A stretch of 64,000 nucleotides of DNA from Alphaproteobacteria bacterium (GTDB lineage Bacteria; Pseudomonadota; Alphaproteobacteria; UBA828): contig OZ243972.1 of assembly GCA_965214705.1 (NCBI GenBank), positions 3,936,001-4,000,000 of the forward strand, given 5' to 3'. The first letter of the stretch is position 1, and each line of letters starts with the position of its first letter. Both the position numbers and the translations under genes were made by a program. The notes beneath the pieces are model-generated. The model had not been told where the DNA came from. It did not search any database and saw nothing but the letters and a program-made list of their open reading frames with translations. Below, piece by piece: positions 52,144-63,754 of this stretch.

Positions 52144-53501
52144 CACATTCGCTAACTTGTTTGCGGTTCTTCGATGAAGCGTTCCGCGATTTGGGTCAGG
52201 CGCCGCCGGGACGGTTCGGAGAGGGATTTGGAGATCTGGTTCCATTGGTCGATCACCTCGGCGAGGGACAAATGGGGTTCGATGGCTCGCACGCCCTGGT
52301 TGAGCATGAACCCGAAGTCACGCCAGGCGCTGTGCGGCCGGCAGCGCCTCCAGGCTGTATCCCCAGGGGGAAACCGTGCTGGCATGACGGATCAGCTTTT
52401 CCACCAGCAGCGCCACCAGGAGTTTGCCGTAGAGCCACGCCTTGGCGCTCTCGTCGTCGTATTTGGGCAGATGCCCCAACTGCGCCAGAGACTTGAAGCG
52501 CTTGAAGACCAGTTCGACCTGCCAGCGGGTGCGATCCCACTCCAGGACCTGCGCCGCGCTGAAGGCCGCTTCGGGAAAGGTCGTGAACACGATGACGTAG
52601 CGCGCGAACTCCAGGGTTCGCGGCCGAACCTGCTTGCCCTTGCGCCCGGCCTCCTTGCGCAGCTTGCGCTGCGCCAGCCTGATGGCTTCCTGCGTCTTTC
52701 TGATCGCGCACACGCGCCCCGGCACCGCGATGCCGTCGCCGACCGCCAGCACGGGCCAGGATCGCACGCTGCCGACCCGCTTCAGCGTCGTGACGTGTGC
52801 AAGCAGGTCGAACGGCGCGCCGTCGCGCGTTCGAAGCGACAGCGCCCCGGTGTTCACGCGCACGGTGACATGACCCCCCGCAGACACCACGTGGTGGAGG
52901 CCCGCAGCAGTCGAGTACGCCCGGTCGGCGAGCACAAAGTCGCCCTCGCCGACCGGGAACTGCGAGAACGCCTCGCCCGTGCCCCGTCCCTCGCTCGCCG
53001 TGAGCTTGAAGAAGTCGCACGCCAGCGACGGAAGGCGCACGCTGTAGTGCAGGCGCCACAGCGCCCCGGTCCGGCCCGGCTCCTTCACCGTCGTCGCGTC
53101 GAAGGCCCTGACCTGGAACCCGCCAGCGGCCGACATCGCCATCCCCTGTTCGCGAAACAGCGCGACGCACAACGCGTGAAGCCAATCCCCCGACTTCCTC
53201 AGCCGCTTCAACAAGGCCACGTCGGACAGATCGGCCAGGTTCGCCTTCCTCGCACGCACCACGGTCTCGCGCAGCGAGTGTCCGCAGGCCAGATGCAGCA
53301 ACAGCGTGCGCAGCAGGGCATCGACCGACTTGTCCTTGCGCAGACCCTTCAAGGCCCCGGTCTCCCGTGCCAACTCCCGCCAGCCCTCGGGCAGAAACAA
53401 CGACACCACTTCCCACTCCTCGTCCATCCGCCAAGCCTCCCCGCAGCGCGCACCAACCCACAATACGGAGTGCCGACATGACAAACAAGTTAGCGCTTAT
53501 G
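52144..53501 (-). mobile_element. IS4 family element (no target duplication seen)
   Basis: IR core CGCTAACTTGTTTG at 52150 and inverted at 53482-53495. Confidence 0.85.
52318..53427 (-). CDS. IS4 transposase
   Basis: FDATT, LADRAY, RWQVELVFKRFKS (expected Y of the YREK motif reads D). Confidence 0.88.
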   Translation of the reverse strand: MDEEWEVVSLFLPEGWRELARETGALKGLRKDKSVDALLRTLLLHLACGHSLRETVVRARKANLADLSDVALLKRLRKSGDWLHALCVALFREQGMAMSAAGGFQVRAFDATTVKEPGRTGALWRLHYSVRLPSLACDFFKLTASEGRGTGEAFSQFPVGEGDFVLADRAYSTAAGLHHVVSAGGHVTVRVNTGALSLRTRDGAPFDLLAHVTTLKRVGSVRSWPVLAVGDGIAVPGRVCAIRKTQEAIRLAQRKLRKEAGRKGKQVRPRTLEFARYVIVFTTFPEAAFSAAQVLEWDRTRWQVELVFKRFKSLAQLGHLPKYDDESAKAWLYGKLLVALLVEKLIRHASTVSPWGYSLEALPAAQRLA

Positions 53502-53689
53502 GCGCAAGGCGGCGACCGGCGCTCGCAGCGGATCGAGGCGTGGGCCGAGGTGGTCCTCGCACTGGTGGACGAGACCCCGGACATGACGCTTTCGGAGATT
53601 GCCACCCATCTGGAGGACGAGCACGGGCTGCGGGTCTCCCAGAGCACCGTATGGCGCTTCTTCCACCGCCGGGGCATCACCATCAAAAA

Positions 53690-55428
53690 CAGACATGGCC
53701 GGCGTGTAGCGATCCACCCCGGATGATGAAAGTCCGGTGCCTCGGTCGAGGGAATGAACGCTGCCCCTGCGTGGCATAGCGGCATTAGAGTCACGGTCGG
53801 TGGAGGCGGCACAATGGCCGTCGTTTTAGTGGTGAGCACTGCTTCCCGATCAAAAACTGGCCCCGGCCGGTCGGCTCCGAGCCCCGGATTGTTCCCGGCC
53901 GCCGAGCCGTGGACGCGCGGCAAACCGCACCGCACCCGAGGCGGGTGTGTGTTCAGTCCGACCGGCCCGTCCGCCTCCGCCTTCCCCAAGCGAGAGGTGA
54001 GATCATGAGAACCGACACACTGCACGTCGTCCATGCTCGTGCCGCCGGCATTGACGTGCACAAGATGCAGATCACCACATCGATCCGCATCTGTGCACCC
54101 GGCGGCGGCGAGCCGCAGATCGCGACGCGGACCTTCGAGGCTCTGCCCAGCGGCATCGACGAGATGGTGGCATGGATGCTCGCGCGCAAAGTCGATGCCG
54201 CAGTGATGGAGGGCACCGGCATCTACTGGGTGGCACCGTTCGAAGCGCTGGAGGCGGCCGGCATCTCCGTGGTGCTGGTCAACGCCCGGCAGGTCAAGCA
54301 GCTGAAGGGCCGCAAGACCGATGTGGCGGACAGCGTCTGGCTGGCGCGGGTCTGTCAGTTCGGTCTGGCAAGCCCCAGCCACGTGCCGCCCAAGGCGTTC
54401 CGGGAGATGCGCGCACTTACCCGCTACCGGCGCGCCCTCGTCGGTCAGCGCAGCCGGGTGCGCAATCGGGTGCAGAAGGTCCTGGACCGCAGCGGCGTGC
54501 GCGTCGGCGGTGTCCTCTCCGACGTCTTCGGCACGAACGGGAGACGGGTTCTCGACGGCTTGGCTGAGGGGCTCGGACCGGACGCCATCCTGGCCTCGCT
54601 CAGCCACCATGTGGCGCACAAGGTCGAGCGGCTCGGCGACGCCCTCAGCCTCTCCCTCAGCGCTGCGGACCGCCTGATCCTGTGCGATCTGCTTCGCGAG
54701 CACGATGCGCTGGAGGAGCGCATCCAGGGGTTCGACCGGGCCATCGACGATGGCTTCGTGCCCTGGGAGGACCGCATCCTGCTTCTCCAGACCATCCCCG
54801 GGATCGACCGGGCCTCGGCCTGCGCCATCCTCGCCGAGATCGGCCCCGACCTCGACGCCTTCGGCTCCACTGATCGGCTTGCCGCATGGGCCGGTCTCTG
54901 TCCCGGCAACAGCCAAAGCGCCGGAAAGCGCCGTGCCGCCCGCACACGCATGGGCAGCAAGACCCTGCGCGCCGTGCTCGTCGAATGCGCTCATGGCGCG
55001 GCGCGAACCCATGGCTGCCAGTTCCGCGGCTACCACAAGGCTCTCATGATCCGACGCGGTTACAAGCGGGCCATCGTCGCCACCGCGCACAAGATGCTGC
55101 GGGTCCTCTACGTCGTGTTGCGCGACGCCAAGCCTTACTACGATCCGGAAGCCGACTACGAAGCCCTCATGGTCAGGCGAAATGCCCCGCGCTGGATCCG
55201 CATGCTCCGCCGGCACGGCTTGCTCGAGCCCGGTCGTATCCCAACTGCCATGGCCGCGACCGCCTGAAGCATTACCTGGTCGGAGCACGGTCGGCACCGG
55301 GCCACAATCCAGGGCAGCCCGAAGTCCGACCGCGTCTCCAAGCACCGCGAGCGCGGCCTCACGCCGACAACGCGACGCCTCGTCGTAATTCCCCTACTCG
55401 TGCCCGTCCCGAAGAAACTTTCACGGCA
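53690..55428 (+). mobile_element. IS110 element, second copy
   Basis: Apparently identical to 24000-25738 (offset 29690), same junctions. Confidence 0.92.
54005..55267 (+). CDS. IS110 DEDD recombinase (copy 2)
   Basis: Translation identical to copy 1. Confidence 0.95.
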   Translation: MRTDTLHVVHARAAGIDVHKMQITTSIRICAPGGGEPQIATRTFEALPSGIDEMVAWMLARKVDAAVMEGTGIYWVAPFEALEAAGISVVLVNARQVKQLKGRKTDVADSVWLARVCQFGLASPSHVPPKAFREMRALTRYRRALVGQRSRVRNRVQKVLDRSGVRVGGVLSDVFGTNGRRVLDGLAEGLGPDAILASLSHHVAHKVERLGDALSLSLSAADRLILCDLLREHDALEERIQGFDRAIDDGFVPWEDRILLLQTIPGIDRASACAILAEIGPDLDAFGSTDRLAAWAGLCPGNSQSAGKRRAARTRMGSKTLRAVLVECAHGAARTHGCQFRGYHKALMIRRGYKRAIVATAHKMLRVLYVVLRDAKPYYDPEADYEALMVRRNAPRWIRMLRRHGLLEPGRIPTAMAATA

Positions 55429-56076
55429 AAACGGCGCACGCCAGCGAGCAGCAACGCGCTGACGTGCTCAGGCGCAGGCGCGCCTGGGTCGAAGCCCAGC
55501 CCGGGCTCGACCCTGAGAAGCTGGTCTTCGTGGATGAGACCGGTGCTTCCACCAAAATGGCGCGGCGCTCAGGCCGAGCTTTGCGCGGACACCGCTGCCG
55601 CGCTCCGGTGCCTCATGGCCATTGGAAGACCACGACCTTCGTCGGCGCGCTGAGGCTGAGCGGAATGACCGCGCCCATGGTGCTCGACGGCGCCATGCAC
55701 GGCGCCGCCTTCCTCGCCTACGTAGACAAGGTGCTGGTGCCCATCCTCAAACCCGGCGACATCGTGGTGATGGACAACCTTCCCGCCCACCGAAGTGCCG
55801 CCGCCCGAGAGGCTATCCAAAGGGCCGGGGCCGAGCTCCGCTTCCTGCCGCCCTACAGCCCTGACTTCAACCCGATCGAGATGGCATTCTCCAAGCTCAA
55901 GGCCTACCTCAAGCGACGCGCCGCCCGCACCGTCCCGGAACTCTGGGACGCCATCGGCCAAGCCACAGACACCTTCACACCCGCCGAGTGCCAAAACTAC
56001 TTCGCTGCTACAGGATATGACCACGTATGATCGGATAGTGCTCTAAAAGGTGAGATATGCGCGTCGCTTAGCGCGC

Positions 56077-57789
56077 CTAACCTAAGTCTGTCGGCCTAAC
56101 AGAGTCTGCGGCAGGAAGCTCCAATCGGAAACTTGCGCCGACAATGGCGCCCGCACCGTCGCGCCGGTTGACGCAACTCAGCTGGCCGCCGTGGGCCTCG
56201 GCGATCTGGCGCGAGATGCTGAGCCCCAGGCCGGAGTGGGCACCGAACGGCTCTCCTTCGGGACGGTCGGTGTAGAAGCGCCGGAAGATTGCCTCCTCCA
56301 TGCCGGCCGGCACGCCGGGGCCGTCATCGTGGACGCTGACCATGACCACGGCGCCGTCCCGGCGGAGCCCGAGCGTGATCGTCCCGCCCAGCGGGCTGAA
56401 CGAGCGGGCGTTGCTGATGAGGTTCTGGAGCACCTGGGCGAGGCGGTCCTCGACGCCGAGCACCACGAACGGACCCTCGCCTTCGACTTCGACTCGTATG
56501 GCCGCGGGGGCCTCGCCCATCGAGGCGGCAGCGCTGTGCATCTCGGCGAGCGTTGCCAGCATGGCACCGACATTGACCGGCTCCAGCCGGGCACGGAACA
56601 GTTCGGTATCGATCTTGGAGGCGTCGGCAATCTGGCTGAGCAGCCGGTCCAGCCGCTTCACGTCCTCGCCGACAAGCGCCAGCAGCTTCGCGCGCTTCTT
56701 CTCGTCATCGACGCGCTGAGCGGTATCGACGGCCGTGAGCACGGAACTCAGAGGATTCTTCACCTCGTGCGCGACGTCGGCGACGAAGCGCTCGATCGCG
56801 TCCATGCGCACCCAGAGCGCCTCGGTCATGTCGCGTAGCGCGCCGGAGAGGCGCCCGATCTCGTCGTTCCGCGCCGTGAAGTCGGGAATTGCCACCTTGC
56901 GCCCCCCGCCGGCGCGCACTCGCTCGGCCGCTCGCGCAAGCCGGCGCACGGGCCGGGTGATCGTGCCTGCGAAGTAGAGGCTGAGGAGGATGGTGATCCC
57001 GAGCGCGATGCTGAACGCCTGGAGGATGGTGAATCGGGCGTTGCGCACGCTCTCCAGCACGTCGTTGGCATCCGCCACCAATAACAGGGCGCCCTGAATC
57101 CGGCGGAACGGCTGGATCGGCGCGGACACGACGGCGACCAGCCGGGCGTCTTGCGTTCTGTGCATGGCGCGCCCGGCGGTGCCCTGCAGCGCGCTCAGCA
57201 CCTTCGGGAAGTCGGCCGCCTGCGGGTTGAGCGGCTCGATGTAGAGCGGCACTGTCGTGCGCGGGGGCAGCCGCGCGGTGATCCAGTCGTAGGCCGCGTC
57301 CGCCGCCCGGCCGAGGACGCCACGGCCTTCCTCCGGGGGCGGCAACTCCGTCGTCTGCACCGGCGCCATCGGCAGCCGCCATGAATCGACGGCGAGGGTC
57401 CCATCGGCGTTGAAGAGCAGCGCGCGCGTATCGACCGGCAGGTTCAGGCGGTAGATCAGGGTCGCAGCGTCGGCCGGGCCGAGACCCGCTTCCGACGGGC
57501 TGGTGGTGTCCACCGCGCTTTCGCCGAGCGCAGCAGCCAACAGGGTGGCTTCGCGTGCAAGCGCGTCCAGCCTGTCGTCCATCAAATCGCGCTGCATTTG
57601 ATCGAGATAGAAGAAGCCCGCGACCAGCACCCCCAGAGCCATGACGTTGATGGCGAGGATTCGGGCCGTCAGCGGGAAGCCGATGCGCGGCCGCCGGCCT
57701 CGGCCGGCCTGCGCCCGGGGAGCAGTCGGCGCCGCCTTCAGATCGTCTTCGACCCGATCACGGCGTGGTGTATCGGTAGCCGACACCAT
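56077..57789 (-). CDS. chvG: Sensor histidine kinase ChvG
   Basis: [44 protein letters not shown]. Confidence 0.92.
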   Translation of the reverse strand: MVSATDTPRRDRVEDDLKAAPTAPRAQAGRGRRPRIGFPLTARILAINVMALGVLVAGFFYLDQMQRDLMDDRLDALAREATLLAAALGESAVDTTSPSEAGLGPADAATLIYRLNLPVDTRALLFNADGTLAVDSWRLPMAPVQTTELPPPEEGRGVLGRAADAAYDWITARLPPRTTVPLYIEPLNPQAADFPKVLSALQGTAGRAMHRTQDARLVAVVSAPIQPFRRIQGALLLVADANDVLESVRNARFTILQAFSIALGITILLSLYFAGTITRPVRRLARAAERVRAGGGRKVAIPDFTARNDEIGRLSGALRDMTEALWVRMDAIERFVADVAHEVKNPLSSVLTAVDTAQRVDDEKKRAKLLALVGEDVKRLDRLLSQIADASKIDTELFRARLEPVNVGAMLATLAEMHSAAASMGEAPAAIRVEVEGEGPFVVLGVEDRLAQVLQNLISNARSFSPLGGTITLGLRRDGAVVMVSVHDDGPGVPAGMEEAIFRRFYTDRPEGEPFGAHSGLGLSISRQIAEAHGGQLSCVNRRDGAGAIVGASFRLELPAADSVRPTDLG

Positions 57790-58447
57790 AGAGCGTCTCG
57801 ATCTGCGAGAAGGCCGGATCGATGGCCCTGAACTTGTTGCGGATGCGCTTGACGTGACTGTCGATGGTGCGGTCCTCGACGTAGATCTGGTCGCCGTAGG
57901 CGGCATCCATCAGCTGGTTCCTGCTTTTGACGTGGCCGGGTCGCTGGGCCAGCGCCTTCAGGAGCAGGAATTCGGTCACCGTGAGGGAGAGCGCCTTGCC
58001 CTGCCAGGTGCAGAGGTGACGGTCCTCGTCCAGCACCAGCGCGCCCCGCACCATGAGCGCGGTCCCGTCGGCACTCTGGGCCGGCTCGGCACGCCGCAGG
58101 ACCGCCCGGATCCGCTCAACCAGAAGGCGAATCGAGAAGGGCTTGGTGATGTAGTCGTCCGCGCCCTGGCTGAGCCCATAGAGCTGGTCGTCCTCGGCAT
58201 CCTTCGAGGTCAGGAACACCACGGGGAGCGTCGAATGCTCCCGCAGCTGGGCGAGCAGCTCCAGACCGTCCATCTGCGGCATCTTGATGTCGAGAATCGC
58301 GAGGTCGACCGGCCGGCTCAGCAAGTCCTGCAGCGCCTTCACCGAGTCGCTGTGGGGCCGGACCACGAAGCCCTCCGCCTCGAGCGCCATGGTGACCGAG
58401 GTGAGCAGGTGCTGGTCGTCGTCGACCAGCGCGATGGTCGCAGGCAC
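57758..58447 (-). CDS. chvI: Response regulator ChvI
   Basis: [38 protein letters not shown]. Confidence 0.95.
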   Translation of the reverse strand: MPATIALVDDDQHLLTSVTMALEAEGFVVRPHSDSVKALQDLLSRPVDLAILDIKMPQMDGLELLAQLREHSTLPVVFLTSKDAEDDQLYGLSQGADDYITKPFSIRLLVERIRAVLRRAEPAQSADGTALMVRGALVLDEDRHLCTWQGKALSLTVTEFLLLKALAQRPGHVKSRNQLMDAAYGDQIYVEDRTIDSHVKRIRNKFRAIDPAFSQIETLYGVGYRYTTP

Positions 58448-58526
58448 CGTATCCCTCCTCCTCCTGCGGCCGCCCCAAGTATGGCTTCACTGTGGCGATT
58501 TTAGGGCGCCGGATCGGCAGGTCACG

Positions 58527-59909
58527 TCAGTAGCGGGCGATCGGTCGCCGGGCGACGGCGAGGAAGCGGCCCGAGAGGAGCATGCTCGCGCTGAGCGCGC
58601 CCGCCAGAATGCCCCACATCAGGCCGTCCACGCCAATCCCCACCACGAAAGCCAGCACGTAACCGATGGGCACCGTGATGAACCACCAGGAGATGAGCTG
58701 AAGTCCTGGCGGCACCCACACGTCGGCGACGCCGCGCAACGCGCCCATCAGCACCGCCTGCATGCCGTCGAACACCAGGATGATACCGCAAATGCCGATG
58801 AGCGACGCGGCAAGCGGCAGCACAAGGGGATCATCGGTGTAGAGCTTCGCGAGCGGCAGGCCGAGGCCGAGGAAGGGGCCGGCGAAGCCGGCCATGAGGC
58901 AGGCGATGAGCAGGACGCCGGCCCAGCCGGCGCGCACGATGTCGGTGGCGTTGCGCCGGCCGACCGCGTTGCCGACCCGAACCATGCTCGCGCCTGCGGT
59001 GCCGATGGCGACCATGAAGACGAGCCCGATCAGGTTGTAGCCGATCTGATAGGCGGCGAGCGACACCGTGCCGAGATGCCCGGCGAACATGACCAGCGCG
59101 GCGAACGCCGCGGTCTCGAGCCCCCGGGCGGCGCCGAGGGGATAGCCGAGGCGCCTGAGCCGCTTCGAGATCGCCCAGAAGTCGCCGGCGGGGCGGTGGA
59201 TGCCGAGCGCGCGGGCATCCGGCTGACGCAGCACGACGATGAGGAGCGCCGCGAACATGACCCAGCGCACCAGCGAGGTCGCGATGGCGGCGCCCTCCGC
59301 CCCCAGCTCCGGGCCGCCCAGGTTGCCGAAGATGAGGATCCAGTTGAGCAGCGCGTTGAGCAGCACCGCGCCGAACATGACCAGCATGCCGGGGATCGGC
59401 CGGCTCAGGCCTTCCAGGAAGTGCGTGCACACCACCCACATCATCAGGGGCGGCGAGCCCCAGGCGATCATGTCGAGCACGCGGCCGCCGCCGCTGACGA
59501 CTTCGGGCGACTGGCCGGTCGCGTCGAGGGTGTAGCGGCCGAGCAGGCAGATCAGGCCCATGGCGACGCCGAGGACCGCGCCGTGGACGAAGCTCACGCG
59601 CCAGTACGCGCCGCAGGCGGCGTGGTCGCGCGCGCCGTGCGCCTGGGAGACCACGATCACCGTGCCCTGCAGCAGGCCCACGCCGATCAGGATCATCACC
59701 ACCTGCGCGGCATTCGCCGCCGCGTAGTAGGCCAGCGATGCGGTGCCGTAGTGGCCCAGCATGGCGGAATCGATGGCGACCATGACCAGCAGGCCCGCGC
59801 GCGCGAGGATCACCGGGCCGGCGAACCGGGCGGTCCGAATTAGATGGCGCTCGAACGACATGGCCCGGCTGGCGGGCCGCTCGGGCGCGACGGCGACTCC
59901 CTTGGTCAT
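58527..59909 (-). CDS. MATE family efflux transporter
   Basis: D.AMLGH, LGAEGAAIAT, RVGNAVG, GALRG.AD. Confidence 0.92.
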   Translation of the reverse strand: MTKGVAVAPERPASRAMSFERHLIRTARFAGPVILARAGLLVMVAIDSAMLGHYGTASLAYYAAANAAQVVMILIGVGLLQGTVIVVSQAHGARDHAACGAYWRVSFVHGAVLGVAMGLICLLGRYTLDATGQSPEVVSGGGRVLDMIAWGSPPLMMWVVCTHFLEGLSRPIPGMLVMFGAVLLNALLNWILIFGNLGGPELGAEGAAIATSLVRWVMFAALLIVVLRQPDARALGIHRPAGDFWAISKRLRRLGYPLGAARGLETAAFAALVMFAGHLGTVSLAAYQIGYNLIGLVFMVAIGTAGASMVRVGNAVGRRNATDIVRAGWAGVLLIACLMAGFAGPFLGLGLPLAKLYTDDPLVLPLAASLIGICGIILVFDGMQAVLMGALRGVADVWVPPGLQLISWWFITVPIGYVLAFVVGIGVDGLMWGILAGALSASMLLSGRFLAVARRPIARY

Positions 59910-59973
59910 GGCGCCGGACCTTAGCCCGGAATTCTCACCAAGGTCATGGATTGCTGCCGCGGAGGCAGCCCGT

Positions 59974-61290
59974 TTACTGCCCGTCCGGCGTCTTGGCGTT
60001 TAGGCCGGGATAGATGGGGAAGGCTTGGCAAAGTGCGCGCACCTCGGTGCGCACGGCTTGTTCGACTGCCTCGTCGCGGGCGTCCGACGAAGCCATCGCG
60101 TGCAGCACGTCGGCGATCCAGTTTCCGATGCGGCGGAATTCACCTTCGCCGAAGCCCCGCGTGGTCCCGGCCGCCGAGCCGAAACGCAGGCCCGAGGTCA
60201 CGCGGGGCGGCTGCGTGTCGCCCGGCACCGCGTTCTTGTTGCAGGTGAGACCCGCGGCCTCCAGGCTGTCTGAGGCTGCAGCCCCGGTCAGCTCGAGCGG
60301 GCGCAGGTCGGCCACCAGCAGCGGCGTGTCCGTGCCACCCGCGACGATGGCGATGCCCCGCTCCATGAGTGTATCGGCGAGGGCGCGGGCGTTGGCCAGC
60401 ACTTGGGCTGCGTAAGCTTTGAACTCGGGCTTCAGTGCCTCGCCCAGGCAGACCGCCTTGGCCGCCACCGCGTTGAGGATCACGCTGCCCTGCACGCCGG
60501 GGAAGACGGCGCTGTCCAGCTTGCGCGCGAGCGCCGCGTCGTCGGTGAGGATGAGGCCGCCGCGTGCGCCGCGCAGGTTCTTGTAAGTGGTTGCCGTGGT
60601 GACGTGGGCATGGGGCAGGGGGCTCGGGTGTGCGCCGCCGGCGACCAGCCCGGCGAAGTGGGCCATATCGGCCAGTAGCACCGCACCGACCGAATCGGCG
60701 ATCGCGCGGAAGCCGGCGAAATCGATCGCACGCGGATAGGCCGAGCCGCCGCAGATGATGAGCTTGGGCTGGTGTTCCTGCGCCAGCCGCTCGACCTCGT
60801 CCATTTCGATGAAGCCAGACACATCGGTGCGATAGAGGATCGGATTGAACCACTTGCCGGTCAGGTTCACCGCTGCGCCGTGGCTAAGATGGCCGCCGGC
60901 ATCGAGGGCCATGCTCAATACCGTGTCGCCCGGCTGGAGCAACGCCAGAAAGACCGCCTGGTTGGCCTGGCTGCCGGAATGGGGCTGGACGTTGGCGAAG
61001 GCGCAGCCGAAGAGCCGCTTGGCCCGCTCGATGGCGAGGGACTCGATCTTGTCGGCGAACGCGGCGCCGCCGTAGTAGCGCGCGCCGGGCCGGCCTTCGA
61101 CGGTCTTGTTGACGATGACCGAGCCCAGGGCGTCGAGGCTCGCGCGGCTGACGAGGTTTTCCGACGCGATCAGCTCGATCCCGTCCTGCTGGCGGACGAG
61201 CTCGCCCGCGAGCGCCGCGTGGACCTCTGGGTCAACTGTTTGCAGGTGATCGAGGAAGTAACCCGGCTCGCGCGCCGGGGTGTCGTTCAT
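59974..61290 (-). CDS. Serine hydroxymethyltransferase-like PLP enzyme (atypical active site)
   Basis: [38 protein letters not shown]. Confidence 0.92.
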   Translation of the reverse strand: MNDTPAREPGYFLDHLQTVDPEVHAALAGELVRQQDGIELIASENLVSRASLDALGSVIVNKTVEGRPGARYYGGAAFADKIESLAIERAKRLFGCAFANVQPHSGSQANQAVFLALLQPGDTVLSMALDAGGHLSHGAAVNLTGKWFNPILYRTDVSGFIEMDEVERLAQEHQPKLIICGGSAYPRAIDFAGFRAIADSVGAVLLADMAHFAGLVAGGAHPSPLPHAHVTTATTYKNLRGARGGLILTDDAALARKLDSAVFPGVQGSVILNAVAAKAVCLGEALKPEFKAYAAQVLANARALADTLMERGIAIVAGGTDTPLLVADLRPLELTGAAASDSLEAAGLTCNKNAVPGDTQPPRVTSGLRFGSAAGTTRGFGEGEFRRIGNWIADVLHAMASSDARDEAVEQAVRTEVRALCQAFPIYPGLNAKTPDGQ

Positions 61291-62075
61291 TGGGCGGCCG
61301 CCGGTTCGAAAAGACAGTCGTCGGCGAGCGGCACCACCGGCGTGAAGTCGGTATGGTGCTTGTACTCGGGCCGGGCAAACGCGGTCTGGGCGTTGGCAAC
61401 CGGGTTGAGGATGAGCGAGAAGATCGCGCGGTCCCACGGCGACATGTTGCCCGGCGAGCCGTGGACCATCAGGTCGCCGAAGATGAGGACCGTGCCGGGC
61501 GGGCCGAGCGCGGGCGTGATGCCGCCCACGGCAATGAGGTTCGTTACGGTTTCGCGGTCCACCACCCAGAGCGGATAGCTCGTGCTCGTCACGTCGTGGA
61601 AGGTGGGCAGCGGCTCGTGCCGGTGGGAGCCGGGGATGAAATAGAGCGGCCCGTTGTAGTGGCTCACCTCGTCCAGCAGGATGTGCAGGTTGAGCGCCCG
61701 TGGGGCCGGAACGCCGTCGTCCCGGTGATGGGTGGCGAAGTCGTAGTGCCACTGCCAGACGTCGCCCTCGTAGGCCGCCTTCACGTTGACCTTGACCTGC
61801 TGGATGTAGAGGTCGGGGCCGGCGATCTGTCGCGCCGGCTCGACCAGGCGGGGGTGGCGCACGAGGCGGTCGATGAGGTCGCTCCGCTGGTGCAGCCCCA
61901 TGATCGTGCGGGGCGCGGAGCCCGTCTTCTCCCCGATGTTGGCCTCGCTCTCCTCATCGTACAGAGGCGGCAGGGCGGCGCGGATCGCCGCCACCTCGGC
62001 CGCGGAGAAGAGGCCGGGGAGGATCAGCAGACCGTCCCGGCGGAAGACCTCAAGCTGTTCGTCATTGAGCTTCAA
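61287..62075 (-). CDS. PhyH-family 2OG-Fe(II) dioxygenase (ectoine/proline hydroxylase-like)
   Basis: KVNVKAA, WQWHYD, NGPL..IPGSH, VHGS.GN...R. Confidence 0.9.
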   Translation of the reverse strand: MKLNDEQLEVFRRDGLLILPGLFSAAEVAAIRAALPPLYDEESEANIGEKTGSAPRTIMGLHQRSDLIDRLVRHPRLVEPARQIAGPDLYIQQVKVNVKAAYEGDVWQWHYDFATHHRDDGVPAPRALNLHILLDEVSHYNGPLYFIPGSHRHEPLPTFHDVTSTSYPLWVVDRETVTNLIAVGGITPALGPPGTVLIFGDLMVHGSPGNMSPWDRAIFSLILNPVANAQTAFARPEYKHHTDFTPVVPLADDCLFEPAAAQ

Positions 62076-62179
62076 CGGGCCGGCCTCGCCGCCCGCTCAG
62101 AGGCCCAGGCGAGAAGGGAGCGGGGCTCTCCCGCCAGCGGCAGGGAGAAGCCCCCAACCCCGTTACGGATCGCGATAGC

Positions 62180-63478
62180 CTATTCGGCGGCGGCAGGCGT
62201 GACGGCCCGGCGGCGCTTGGCCAGCGCGATCTCGTTCGGCGCGCGGTGATAGGCGCCGTCCTTCATGATCATGAGCAGGTTGTCGGCGTCCTGCATGATG
62301 GAGACGTCCTTGGTCGGGTCGCCGTCCACCAGAAGCAGGTCGGCGAGGTAGCCTTCCTTGACCATGCCGACGTTGAGCCCCATCAACTCGCCGCCCCACT
62401 TGGTGGCGCCGATCAGCGCCTCGGCCGGCGAGTAGCCGAAGTGGTTGACGAAGTGCTCCATGTCGCGGGCATTGGCGCCGATCGGGTTCCAGGCGAAGCC
62501 GTAGTCGCCGCCCGGCATGGCCCGAATGCCGCGCTTCCGCACTTCCTGATAGGTGCGGATCGTGTGCTCCATCTTGTAGAACATGTTGTAGCTCTCGGCG
62601 ATCTCGCGGGTGATGCCCCACTCGCCGGCCTCGTGCGCGAACGTGTAGACGATGCCGAAGGCCGGGGCCATGAAGATGCTCTTCTTCTTGGCTTCCAGCA
62701 TGTCGAGGGTCTTATTGGTCGCGTAGTCGGCGTGGTAGATGATGTTGATGCCGTGCTTGAGCGCGAGGCGCACCGCCTTGTCCGCCCTGGCATGGGTGAT
62801 GATGTTGACGCCTGCTTCGCGCGCCACTTCGGCCGCCGCGGCGACCTCGGCATCGAAGTAGGTGATTTTCTCGGACTGCCCGGGCTGGCAGAATTCGTCG
62901 CCCGAGATGTTGATCTTCAGATTGTCCACGCCTTCGCGCACGCAGAGCCGGCAGGCCTTCCGCACTTCGTCCGGCCCGTCGGCGATGAAGCCCACTGACT
63001 CCTGGTGCATGTGCCACTTGCGTTCGTCGCCGAGCCCGCCTGACGACACGATCTCGGGCGAGGCCGCCTTGATGCGCGGCCCCGGATAGCGCCCGGCATT
63101 GATCACGTTGCGCAACACCGGCTCGATACGGATCTTGTTGTAGCCGACGCCGGCAGCCGAGAAGAGGCTCGTGAAGCCGTGGTCGATCATCGTCCGCGCA
63201 TTGTCGAGCGCGAGCACCATGTGCTCCTCCGGCGGGAGCGCCCCGATCTCCGGCAGGGTCGTACTGTCGATGTAGCAGACGTGGGCGTGGGGCTCGACAA
63301 GCCCCGGCATCAGGGTGGCGCCGGCGCCGTCCACCACGGTCGCGCCGTTGGCCCTGATCTTGCCCTTGCCGCGGGCGACCTTCTTGATGAGGTTGCCCTG
63401 CAGCTTCACCTCGCCCGCGAACGGGCGCTTGGCGTTGCCGTCGAAAATCATCACGTTCTTGAAGAGGGTCTCTGCCAT
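62180..63478 (-). CDS. Metal-dependent amidohydrolase
   Basis: LMPGLVEPHAH, K.NISG, THAR, YH, GGDYGF, ADLLLVDGDP. Confidence 0.92.
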   Translation of the reverse strand: MAETLFKNVMIFDGNAKRPFAGEVKLQGNLIKKVARGKGKIRANGATVVDGAGATLMPGLVEPHAHVCYIDSTTLPEIGALPPEEHMVLALDNARTMIDHGFTSLFSAAGVGYNKIRIEPVLRNVINAGRYPGPRIKAASPEIVSSGGLGDERKWHMHQESVGFIADGPDEVRKACRLCVREGVDNLKINISGDEFCQPGQSEKITYFDAEVAAAAEVAREAGVNIITHARADKAVRLALKHGINIIYHADYATNKTLDMLEAKKKSIFMAPAFGIVYTFAHEAGEWGITREIAESYNMFYKMEHTIRTYQEVRKRGIRAMPGGDYGFAWNPIGANARDMEHFVNHFGYSPAEALIGATKWGGELMGLNVGMVKEGYLADLLLVDGDPTKDVSIMQDADNLLMIMKDGAYHRAPNEIALAKRRRAVTPAAAE

Positions 63479-63754
63479 CGTCTCAGCCTCCGTCTCGGGC
63501 GCGCGCTCCCCTGGTTCCCTGTGCCGCACGCCTCAGTAATCGGTTCGGCGCCCCGCGTCGCGCGACGCACGCCGCTGCGCACAGATTAGGCGCCCATTTA
63601 GGCCCCCGCAATCGCTAACCGGCGCGTGTGATCGATTTCTGCGCGGTCTCTCGATGTCTCCCCGCGCGGTTCAAGCGCCTGAATGCGCGACGCAGGCCGT
63701 GACATTGGTGCGAAATCCGGGCTAAGACGCGCCCGCCAGTGCGGAGGACACCCC

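Larger units (their letters stand above)
53502..56045 (+). mobile_element. 5'-truncated IS630 (second isoform) carrying IS110
   Basis: Homologous to 23812-26355 with scattered substitutions; right IR intact; left end replaced by IS4. Confidence 0.92.

Noticed and set aside
52253-55345. 1030-aa minus-strand ORF (and the 618-aa ORF at 23799-25655)
   Set aside because: Antisense or off-frame shadow across IS110, IS630 and IS4; no motifs; long shadow ORFs are expected at this GC content.
62105-62165. Intergenic GGGGCTCTCCC...GGGAGAAGCCCC hairpin as an ncRNA
   Set aside because: Short imperfect stem; more likely an ordinary intercistronic or REP-like hairpin.
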